Of a DNA stretch of 64,000 nt, positions 40,701 through 49,824 are shown piece after piece. Origin of the DNA: an uncultured virus (IMG/VR IMGVR_UViG_3300021399_000011) (taxonomy: Duplodnaviria; Heunggongvirae; Uroviricota; Caudoviricetes). Made by a program: the position numbers and the translations under genes. Within the stretch, counting starts at the first letter, position 1. Every line of letters begins with the position of its first letter. Under the pieces are notes generated by a model that made no database searches, was not told the DNA's origin, and saw only the letters and a list, made by a program, of their open reading frames with translations. The DNA lies in IMG/VR virus record IMGVR_UViG_3300021399_000011; one strand, given 5' to 3'.

Positions 40701-43700
40701 AAGCGCCATGGGAGTTCCATTTACCTCTTTCGCTATCAGCCGATAGTGGTTCATGTCAGTCCTCCTTAAACCACTTCTTGCAGTCACTGTCGGCGCAGTA
40801 CCCAGCGGCGCTCTCGAAAAACTCCTTCGCCTTGCGGAGCTTTCTTTTCCAGACCTTATCTTCCGGGTCGTCCACACATACGCAGGCGTTCTCTCCATAG
40901 ATTTCGATTTCATAGTCAAGCACTTCTGCGAAGTGCTCCTCACCTTCCGGCGTCAACTCCTGCGGCCCGCAGAACGCGATTGCCAGCGCCTCGCATACAT
41001 CGTCGTACACGTCCATGTCGATTTCCATTTTAATGAAGTCTCGTACTTTCATTCAGCACCACTCTCCTTCATAGTTATCTTCCCACTGATCCGGCGGAGT
41101 TAGCTCCTGACCGAACAGGTTGTACCACCTTCCGCACTCCGGGCACTCGCAGGCTCCGAGGTACTGATTGTAGAGATACAGCTCATAGCCGCACTCGCAC
41201 GTTCCGTGGGCCATTTCTTTGTACTTGTGCGTCTCCCGGATCACTTTGTTGAAGCGCACATATCTCTCCGGGTGAGCGAGAGCATCTTGCAGATTTCTCT
41301 GCCGAGCTTCGTCCACCTTTTTGCGGTCAAGGCTCGGATGCTCTGGCGCAGGCAGAATGTTGCCGTCCTTATCACACGGGAAGCACAGACCGTTGCCGCG
41401 CCCATCGTCAAAGACAAGCTCGTAGTATGTTTCTTCCTTCCACTCGGACGGGACATAATTTTGCAGCATAGCTTTACCTCCTTTATACAGATTTCAGCGC
41501 AAGGACGCTTCCAGTTCTTTGTTCAGATAGCAGTAGCAGTACAGGTCATAGTTTCCACGGCTGGGAAACATTCGCATGATAAGGCTGTAGACACTGTGCG
41601 TCTCGGGGTACTCTGACGGGAACACGTCCATGCGGAAAAAGAAGTTCTCTCCTTCACGGGCATCGGGAAACTCGGAGCAGTATTTTCTCATGGCAGAGCG
41701 GCTGTGCAGCGGATTGATCTCTCCGGTTTCCCGGCGCAAAAGATTGATGGCGTCGTCAAATGCGTCTGCAAACTCCTGCGTTTTCAGCTCCGTGTGGTTG
41801 TGATCGAACCACCTTGCCCAGAACTCGTTACCGCTGCTGCCGAAGTCGGCCCGCAGATGGCCGATACATTTGCAGATTTCATCACCTTTTTCGCAGGTGT
41901 AGGCAAACTTGCGCTGTTCCTTCGGGGCCGGAAAGAACGCCCAGCTATACAGCCCGTACATATTCAGTCCTCCTCTTCTTCGTCGTAGCTCCGGCTCATG
42001 GTTTCACAGATTTTATCCAGAGCTTCCATGTTCAGGTTGCCGAACTCGTCCATCAGGCGCTGATCGCACAGGAAGTCGTGGAAAAGCTCGACGAGGTTTT
42101 TGAACCACTGGATTTCTTCGTCAGATACTTCGTACTCTGCGTACTGGCCGACGTGTTTCTCCACGTCATTCAGACAGCGCCAGAGTTCTTTGTAGGTTCC
42201 TTCGTACTTGCAGTAGCTCATGTACATATCTGCGTCTCCTTTCAGTCAAGATAGGGGAAGAAGTCCCACTGACCAAACACGGCCACTTCAGGGTAGCTCC
42301 CAGCGGGAGACTCCTGCCACCGCTGCTTTTTCTCCGACCAGCGAAAGGTCTTGAGCTGTCCGCTGGGATCGTCTTCGATGAAATCCGGCATGGTATCATA
42401 GTACCGCACACCGAGAAACACGGGCCGTGCAGCCCGGACGGTGATCGTGTTGCCATTGACAGCCGCCACCGTGTAGGGATTGCGGACGGCGCTGACATAG
42501 TAGGAATTGCAGGGCGTGTATGTGTAGAGCTTTTCTCCAACTGCCGGGATGTGTTTCATGTTCATTCTCCCTTCACTCTATAAGACACTCTCTCGTTTGT
42601 TTTGAGCCACGTTTTTGAAGATTTTTTTACGGCCAAAAATCATCCACGGAGAACCATATGTCCCCGTAGTGTTCCACGATAACGTCGTAGGGGATAAGCT
42701 CGTCTGCGTTGAACAGATCGTCGTAGCTTGGTTCGTCGTAGTCTACGCCCATAACTTCGGCAAACGTCCCCTCCTTCACCAGCTCGCTCATATAGGCGCA
42801 TTTTAGAAAGATTATCTGCTCCCTTGTCAGCTCCGAATAGGTCATTTTAACCTCCTTTGTGCAGATCGTCAGACGGCGCAAGCCGCCGCCTTGATTGTCC
42901 CGGCTCGTTCATAGACCGCCTCGCCGTTGCTGAAATGTCCGATGCAGACGATTTCCTCAAAGTCGAAGTCATCCGCAAGCTGCGCCAGCTTCTTCCCCAG
43001 CTTCCGGCACTCACGCTGATACCGGCGCAGCATTTCACTTCGGCAGCAGTCAAAGTAGAAATGCGCGTCCTCGTTGTCCAGCTCTTCAGGATCGCCAGCC
43101 TTTCCCCAACCGCGGATTTCCTTCCAGTCCACGTCAAACTGGACGCCGACGTAATAGCCGCTCTTGAGACCTACCTCGAAAAATGCCAGTTCTTTGTTGA
43201 TCTCGTCCATGCAGCTTTTCACTTCGTCGCACAGCCATTCTTCCTGCACGTCGTCGTAGCGTTCCTCGGCATCCGCCAAAGACGCTCCGCACTCGTAGCA
43301 CGTTTCTTCCTCGGCGTTATTCCATGCTCCGCACTCCGGGCAGACCTTGCTGTATACGTCCTCGTGAACGTACAGCGGAAAGCCAAGCTGATTGCTGTTG
43401 AAATTTGCGGTGCTCATTGATAGACCTCCATTCTGTAGATTTTTATAGTTTGGGCCGGTGCCGTTATCGCACGACCGGCCAGAGCGTTAAATAGCCGCCT
43501 CCCCGACGATCTTTTCACCCGTCCGCACGTTGTAGATAAGGCGCAGACCCGTGAACTTGTTTTCAAACTCCACCAGACCGTTGCCACGGTCGGCAAAGAA
43601 AGCAAAGCCGCTTTTATAGAGCATATCCATAATGTCAACCTCCCTTTTCAGGTTCTCAACGGCGCGGTATCTTCCTCGTAAAGCTCCACGATAAACCGCT

Positions 43701-43817
43701 TCAGATCCACAGACTGATAAAAGCCGTATTTTTCTTTTGCTTCGGCCAGCGTCAGCCCATAATAGGCCAGCGCAATTTGCCACTTTTCCATAATGTCAAC
43801 CTCCCTTTTGCAGATCT

Positions 43818-44432
43818 TCAGGCATACCAGGATTCATAAACCTTGATGGTATCGCCGCCGCAGTAATACGCATCGGCAAAGCTTGCCAGATAGAATTGCG
43901 GATTGCTTTTGCCGTCCGCCGCATAGCTCTTCAGGCGCTTCAAATCGCCTTTTTCCTGATCTTTGATGAACACAGAGAACGGCGCAGCGGGCAGCAGCTC
44001 TTTCGTGTTCTCGAACACTCGATCCTCAGCCATTGGGCCGGTTGCGCGGCTCTCAATCATAGGCGGATTGACCTCACGCACCCGCACAGAGCTTTCACCC
44101 ACCAGCGCGATAACCTGAAAGAAATCGTTGTTTGTCTGATCGTAGCCCCACGACGCCCGGAACAGATCGCCCACCTTGACGCCGAATTTGTTTGACTTGA
44201 CCACGGGCACCTTGTAGATTTTGGCCTCGGTTTTGCAGCTCTCGCCACTCTCCGCGCCGTCAATAGCCGCCCTGACTTCGGCCTCGTCCTTGTAGCCGTA
44301 CCAGCACTTTTTCTGCCCGTGCCAGCGAAAGCGCAGAGCCTTGAGCGCGTCGCGCACAGCCTCCGCCGGTTTGCCGTCGAAAATGACCTCGACGCTGTTG
44401 TACTGATCGTTTTTCGTGATTGTGTATTCCAT
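43818..44432 (-). CDS. Polyvalent-protein-type early protein
   Basis: EV.FDGKP.EAVRDALKALRFRWH..KKCWY domain plus VKVGDLF..SWGYDQTN.DFFQV domain, both typical of leading-region proteins of mobile elements. Confidence 0.5.
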   Translation of the reverse strand: MEYTITKNDQYNSVEVIFDGKPAEAVRDALKALRFRWHGQKKCWYGYKDEAEVRAAIDGAESGESCKTEAKIYKVPVVKSNKFGVKVGDLFRASWGYDQTNNDFFQVIALVGESSVRVREVNPPMIESRATGPMAEDRVFENTKELLPAAPFSVFIKDQEKGDLKRLKSYAADGKSNPQFYLASFADAYYCGGDTIKVYESWYA

Positions 44433-45540
44433 GATAAATCCTCCTTGTTTGTGCAGATTTTGGCCTGTCTCGTCAGTGCCGGATAGCCGTCCCCGGCAGA
44501 CGATCCCCCAGGCGGGGGATCGTTTCGACATTTCTTTGCAGATTTTTAGATTGTGCGGCACTCTCGCAGCGTGGTAAAACCCTCGCGCACAAGAAAACGC
44601 TCAAAGGCGGGATCGCCCTCATCAAAGGCATATTCCCGCCCGTCCTGTAGATAGCAAGCAAAAATCGAACCGTCGAAAATCACTTGCATTGTCTGTTCTT
44701 TTTCGTCATTGGTGAACCAAAACTCAGCCATTTTTGTTCAGACCTCCCATACATGAGTTGCTTTCGCGCGGCATTCCGTCACTAAGGCGATCACCCGCGT
44801 TTTTCGTCGCAGGTAATCGGCGTATGCGCTCGCCTCTTTTAACGTGGCGAAAATGTGGCCGCGTTTTGTGTCGTGAACCTTGTAAGACATAGTTGTGCAG
44901 ACCTCCTTAAATTCCCAACCGCGCATAGTCGGCGGCATGATCGGCAAAGTATTTATCGGCCATAGCCCGGCCAAAGTTGTGCAGAGTTTCCCAAAAGCCA
45001 TTTACAAGCTTTTCCGCCTCGGCGTTATTGTTCTTGACGATGTTCCAGTCTTCCAGAGTCCAGAGACGGACAACTTTATTCCAGTAATACGCCTCCCATT
45101 CCGCGCCCTTGATCCGCGCCACTTTTGCACAGATTTTGTCATAGTCGGCATAGTCAACCGCGCAAAACTCCGCGAATGTCGTGCCGTATTTTCCAGCTCG
45201 CAGAATATACCCCGCGCCGGTGCTTTTTTTGACTTTGTTCGCAAGTGTACAGATTTTCATGCCATAACCTCCACATTTTCCCGGCCATAAATACCCCACA
45301 GAGTTTTGAGCGCGTCCAGGCGCGTCCGGCCCCACTCGCAGCGCGTGAATACCTCGCCATTAACCTTGAGCTTGATTGTGTAGATTTTCATAGTTTTTGA
45401 CCTCTTTCATGCAGATTTTTATAAAAGTCCAAACAAAAACAGCGCCGCATATTTGCGCCGCTTTTGTCCAGATTTTTATATATGGGGCCGTCGGCGTGTC
45501 CGGCTTTTGCCGTTAGCGCGGCCCCATGTTTTTCCCTTTT

Positions 45541-45882
45541 TCAGAAAATATAAAGTTCGTTATTCACCTCCACAGAAACAGCCTCTTGATGCATTGCCTC
45601 TTTCATATCCAGCGCGAATTTTTCCACGTCGGCGGCGTGTTCGTTTAATCCCTCCTCCGTACAATAGGCATATACTATGGTCGTATTTTCCAATACAAGC
45701 CCGTGCTTTTCCGACATCCACGCGCCCCGGCTTTCCTGGATCGTCGCGCCTCCGAAAAAGGCCGACAGCATAGCCGCGCACTTTTTAACCATGGCGTCGT
45801 TATTGACGGCATGGTTGACATTATCCGTCGCCGGAACATATACGGCGATCCGCTGACCAAGCTTGATTGCATTTTTGAACAT
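45541..45882 (-). CDS. Small GlnB/PII-like-fold (DUF3574-like) protein, first gene of the leftward block
   Basis: FGGAT.....G.W......LV.E....VY.Y ... MK..M.QEAV.VE pattern. Confidence 0.45.
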   Translation of the reverse strand: MFKNAIKLGQRIAVYVPATDNVNHAVNNDAMVKKCAAMLSAFFGGATIQESRGAWMSEKHGLVLENTTIVYAYCTEEGLNEHAADVEKFALDMKEAMHQEAVSVEVNNELYIF

Positions 45883-46108
45883 TGTTTTTTCCTCTTTTCT
45901 TTTTGATTGGCATGAAAAAGCGCCGGGCGTTCACGGCAAACCGGCGCTTTTTCATTTATTTGATTGTGTAGTCGGTGCCTTTGCGCGGTTTTTCCGGTCT
46001 GCCCCCGCAGCTTGCTACAATCCGGCCTCTCGCGCATTACATTAACGATTTTCGTCGATCCTTATTGCCACAATCAAATTTTTTCTTTCGCTTGCCTCCT
46101 CTCTGCCC

Positions 46109-46242
46109 TATAGGGAACGGCGGCGGCGCTTTGCGTCACGCCAGCCGGTTACAAATTATTACAAGTAACCGCGCCGCCGTGCTGCGCCGTGTCCGCTGTC
46201 CCTCTCTGCCCTATAGGGAACGCCGCGCCCCGTTTGCGTCAC
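46109..46242 (-). promoter_or_regulatory. Two tandem candidate phage-sigma promoters driving the leftward block
   Basis: TATAGGGAACG-N10-TTTGCGTCAC at 46109-46139 and 46212-46242 (+ strand spelling). Confidence 0.65.
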
Positions 46243-46308
46243 GGATCGAAAAATATTTTTTCCCGCTTGTTATACATATAGTTATATATCGCCCATTGCC
46301 AGGATAAA

Positions 46309-46356
46309 ACACAATATATAGTGTTATGTCCCTATTATTAAAACAATATATAGTGT
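46309..46356. promoter_or_regulatory. Tandem NrdR-box-like operators
   Basis: ACACAATATATAGTGT (46309-46324) and AAACAATATATAGTGT (46341-46356), 32 bp apart; match the acaCwAtATaTwGtgt consensus. Confidence 0.65.
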
Positions 46357-46450
46357 TAGCAATATGCACAAAAAGCCGATTTGATTATTTTTTATGACGC
46401 AAAAAGCCCGAAAAGCCTTGTATTTTCAAGGCTTTCCGGGCTTGTGATTT

Positions 46451-46479
46451 TATACATATTTCATTTTTGACATTATAAT
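46451..46479 (+). promoter_or_regulatory. Sigma70-type promoter for the phage sigma gene
   Basis: TATACA-17 bp-TATAAT. Confidence 0.5.
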
Positions 46480-46644
46480 GGTATTGACAGGGTGAAGGGG
46501 GCCACCGCCCGCGCCGCGCTACCGGCCCGGCCCGGAGGCCCCCCCGGCGGGAACGCTACAACCCGCCGCCCGTCAATATATCACGCGCCCCCCGCCGCCG
46601 TCAAGAGCGGGAGCCGGGCCACACGCCCGGGGAAAGGATCGACT

Positions 46645-47670
46645 ATGAAACGCTACACCACTACCGCCCGCGAGGGCATGACCGCCGCCGACGTGCTGAA
46701 CATGTCCGGCGAGGATCTCCAGACGCTGGCCGCCGCCGCCGTTGAGAACGCCATGAAACGCCGCGAGGCCGACAGCGGTCGGGACCTGCTCCAGATGCGC
46801 GTCAAGTATCAGGAGGACGCCAGGCAAGAGGCTATCGCCGACATGCTCGAGCGGGCTTTGGGGGACTGGATCGGCGGCACGATGGAGGACGGAACGCCCC
46901 GCGCCGCGCTGCCGCTGGCCTATTTCGCCGCCCTTTGTGCCGGGAGGGCCGTTGATCGTCTTATGTACGCCGACGGAGGGCGGGCCGTCAAGCTAACTGC
47001 CCGCGAGCGCCGCGAGTATTACAGCGGACGCGAGGACGCCCCCCGCCCGACGCTGGAGCAACTGTCCGACATGGCCGACGCCGTGACCGCTGGCGAGCTT
47101 GCCCCGGAGGCATACACGGACGCCGCCCGCGCCTATTACGCCGGATCGAGCGAGGCATACACGGAAACGCGCCGCACGTCGTCCCCCGTCGCCCCCGCGC
47201 CGGAGGCCGCCGCGATAGAGGCGGAGCGCGTCGAGCGTATTTTCTCCGCGCTGCCATCCGAAACGCTGCTCCGCGCCCTTGACCTTGCCCGCGAGCTTTA
47301 CGCCGGGGCCGACAGCATCCGCGAGGCCGGACGGCTGGCCGGATTGACGGAGGCAACAGCACGCCGGACGTGGGCCGCCGTGAAAGCTGCAGCTGCTGAT
47401 GTTCTCCGCGAGGACGGTGACAGCGCCGCCCTGGAGCGTATGATTGAAGAGGGCGAGCGCCGCCGCGCCGCGAAAGACCGCGCTGCCCGTGACGCGAGCG
47501 AGGCCGCCCGCGCGAAAGCCCTGAAGGCTGCCGCCCCCGCGCCCGCTGGCGCTGTCCGGTTTACGGCTGGCCGCCCGGATCGGCTCGCCAGCACGGCAAA
47601 GCACACGCCCGAAAGCCTGGAGGCGCTGCGCAAGCTGGCCCGCGCCCTATTCGACGCGCAAGCCAAATAA
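46645..47670 (+). CDS. Phage-encoded ECF-like RNA polymerase sigma factor (divergent)
   Basis: GAAAGGA RBS; region-2-like EDARQEAIADML...YFAALCAGRAVD; region-4-like PEAAAIEAERVERIFSALP...LYAGADSIREAGRLAGLTEATARR HTH; unusually GC-rich. Confidence 0.6.
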   Translation: MKRYTTTAREGMTAADVLNMSGEDLQTLAAAAVENAMKRREADSGRDLLQMRVKYQEDARQEAIADMLERALGDWIGGTMEDGTPRAALPLAYFAALCAGRAVDRLMYADGGRAVKLTARERREYYSGREDAPRPTLEQLSDMADAVTAGELAPEAYTDAARAYYAGSSEAYTETRRTSSPVAPAPEAAAIEAERVERIFSALPSETLLRALDLARELYAGADSIREAGRLAGLTEATARRTWAAVKAAAADVLREDGDSAALERMIEEGERRRAAKDRAARDASEAARAKALKAAAPAPAGAVRFTAGRPDRLASTAKHTPESLEALRKLARALFDAQAK

Positions 47671-47693
47671 ACCCCGCCCACGCCCTATATTAT

Positions 47694-47721
47694 AGCCCGC
47701 CGCCCGGCGGGCTTTTTCTTT
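47694..47721 (+). terminator. Intrinsic terminator after the sigma gene
   Basis: AGCCCGCC-GCCC-GGCGGGCT-TTTTCTTT. Confidence 0.85.
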
Positions 47722-47782
47722 GCCCTATTTTAATAGCGTGCTATCAATCTATACGCCGCGCGCCCGCGCGCGTATGAATATA

Positions 47783-47880
47783 CTATTATTGTATTATATA
47801 TAATTGTATTCTTATTATTGTATTTATGCATTATTGTATTCAATCTATTATCATTGTATTATGTGATTATAGTATTATGT
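47783..47880. repeat. AT-rich iterated ATTGTATT repeats
   Basis: Copies at 47788, 47803, 47817, 47833, 47853 and a variant at 47869. Confidence 0.75.
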
Positions 47881-48538
47881 TTTCATGTGTGCGTAAGCAT
47901 TTGTTGTTGTATGTAGGATTAAATGACCTTTTCGCGGACACGAGATTATCTAATATGCCATATTAGCAAGCCGTCGCCCCGGATGTATTCGATAGCTTGC
48001 TTTCAATATCGTGTTATCAATAGCGTGCTTTCGTCTTTCGGCGTGTTCGTGGTGGCGTTATCCATATAAACCACCCACGGAGGCCCCCCTGTTTCGGAAT
48101 CAATTTAATTGAATCCAATTGAAGTCTCGGCAACGCACCCCCGAAACAGGGTTCCGTTTATGTTTCCAAACCAAATCACGACACGCTTCGCGGAATGACA
48201 CAAACATGTATGACGCGCCACGGAATGTATGCTGACTGGCGTTTGAAGATCACATGGGTGTATATGTGGCTTATGATACGAAAATGCATCTCACGGCGGT
48301 CTGGTGAATGTGAGAAGAAAAATTTCATCGAAGTGCTTGACAAAGTTGGACATGGATGGTATAGTACCGTGGTTTTGCCAAGAAGGGGCTGCATGAGACG
48401 GTTCTTTGGTGAGATCTCCTTTCTTCATCTTCTGTATGGGTATGGCCCTGTGCGGTATATCGGCATGGCTGTATGGGGCCAATACTCATATAGGGTGCAT
48501 GAAAAAAATTGCGCGGTCGCTTGCGCGACAATATATAC

Positions 48539-48610
48539 GCCGGAGTAGCATAGGGGTAAGTGCGCCGGATTTTTAAGCCGGTGACGCGGGTTCGATTCCC
48601 GTCTCTGGTT
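48539..48610 (+). tRNA. tRNA-Lys(UUU), no encoded CCA
   Basis: Acceptor GCCGGAG/CTCTGGT, anticodon loop TT-TTT-AA, T arm GCGGG-TTCGATT-CCCGT; A31-G39 mismatch. Confidence 0.8.
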
Positions 48611-48784
48611 AAGACAGTAGGTGCGAATCTGTATAAACCAAACGCATCTTGGCAAGCAGGGGCAAACTGCTGCTGGTGAGGTAGTCAGGCTCACCAATCG
48701 GATGGGGACGCCCATCTGGGGCCTGCGTGTGCAGGCGAACAGTATCACGCCGGGAGGCTGTATAAAGATCGCCCGGTCTTTTAT

Positions 48785-48857
48785 GGCGGAGCGAATTGGT
48801 ATTCACACTGGTCTCATAAACCAGCTTCCGATGGTTCGATTCCATCCTCCGCAACCA
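48785..48857 (+). tRNA. tRNA with CAU anticodon (Met/fMet-like or Ile2)
   Basis: GGCGGAG/CTCCGCA with 1:72 mismatch, CTGGT-CTCATAA-ACCAG, T arm GATGG-TTCGATT-CCATC, ACCA; reduced D arm. Confidence 0.8.
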
Positions 48858-49046
48858 ATTCTCCGTGGACTATTGGCCGTAAGTCTCGCTGCGTCACGCC
48901 ACAGCGCTGTAAGTCCAAGAATAGCCGGATGGGGTAGGAAGTCCTGAACGATCCCCGTCGAGCCTCGGTTGTCTAATTGCGGGTATGAGGATTATCCTAA
49001 AGCGGGGCATCTTCCTCCGTGGGTACTACGTCAGTGCCAACAATAT

Positions 49047-49134
49047 GCTTGCGTACAGTAATGGTAACTGCCCGGTCTTGAAAACCGAGAGAGGATGGAA
49101 GTCCTTGTGGGTTCAAATCCTACCGCAAGCGCCA
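49047..49134 (+). tRNA. tRNA-Ser(UGA)
   Basis: GCTTGCG/CGCAAGC, loop CT-TGA-AA, long variable arm, G73 and CCA. Confidence 0.9.
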
Positions 49135-49371
49135 AAGGCGCATTTCTTTAGTGCTTTCTTGTTCGGGCCTATGACGTGAAAGAAAGCGTGTGGGCCATGC
49201 CGCATCAAAACATGGAGCGCCGCCAACCGGGCGCTATAAATGCGTGGAGTAGGTTGGCAGACGTGCCATCCGTGAAGCCGGACGGATCAAAACCGATAGA
49301 GCCTCATAAGTACGACTGCGGCGTAAGGATGGGTAAGGGGCGTTTGTGAATCCCATCACCGCAGACAATAT

Positions 49372-49460
49372 GCAGACTTGACCGAGTTGGTAAGGTGCCG
49401 GATTGCTAATCCGAGGTCAGGGGAAACCCTGCGGGAGTTCAAGTCTCTCAGTCTGCGCCA
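49372..49460 (+). tRNA. tRNA-Ser(GCU)
   Basis: GCAGACT/AGTCTGC, loop TT-GCT-AA, long variable arm CAGGG-GAAA-CCCTG, G73 and CCA. Confidence 0.9.
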
Positions 49461-49559
49461 GAGAAGCGAGGGAATCTTTCTCGTTAGTATTGCGCACTAC
49501 GGCGGGACGGAGAAACAGATGTGCAATATACCTCGTAAGGCACTTCTCACCAACAATAT

Positions 49560-49652
49560 GCCGACATAGCTCAAAGGCAGAGCTTCGGTGCGTGAAGGGA
49601 TAGAGCACCTGAATACCCCTTGATGTTGGTTCGAGTCCAACTGTCGGTACAA
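49560..49652 (+). ncRNA. tRNA-like RNA with a pseudoknot in place of the anticodon arm
   Basis: Acceptor GCCGACA/TGTCGGT, D arm GCTC/GAGC and T arm GTTGG-TTCGAGT-CCAAC are canonical; the middle is GGTGC/GCACC with loop AAGGG complementary to downstream CCCTT. Confidence 0.7.
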
Positions 49653-49738
49653 GTGGCCGGGTCGCTCCCGGATGATGTGGTTGGTGGCGGAATCCCCACA
49701 GAGAAGAAGAAAATGCCCGAAAGGGAATCGTACAATAT

Positions 49739-49824
49739 GCGGTGTCCCTGATGGAGAACCGAGCGTTGCGGTAGCGCTGCAACGTAACGCAAGGGTGCAG
49801 GCTCACCACCTGCTCACCGCCCCA
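49739..49824 (+). ncRNA. tRNA-like RNA lacking canonical D/anticodon arms, ending in CCCA
   Basis: GCGGTG/CACCGC acceptor, GCAGG-7nt-CCTGC T-like arm, same CAATAT leader as neighbouring tRNAs. Confidence 0.5.

Larger units (their letters stand above)
26561..45882 (-). other. Leftward block of about 50 closely packed small hypothetical genes (early/host-interaction region)
   Basis: Consecutive - strand ORFs with GGAGG/AAGGAG RBSs and overlapping start/stop codons, e.g. 27205-27678, 28660-29070, 30436-30738, 32582-32884, 33343-34017, 34427-35119, 37756-38349, 38641-38997, 40756-41052, 41053-41469, 41494-41961, 42242-42565, 42869-43417. Confidence 0.75.

Noticed and set aside
49000..49045. HDV-like/theta ribozyme next to tRNAs
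   Set aside because: A TTCCTCCG loop-like string is present, but I could not build the nested double pseudoknot, and it is not at a tRNA 3' end.
49654..49730. Hammerhead ribozyme
   Set aside because: GATGA and GAAA are present, but the CTGANGA core and stem order are not.
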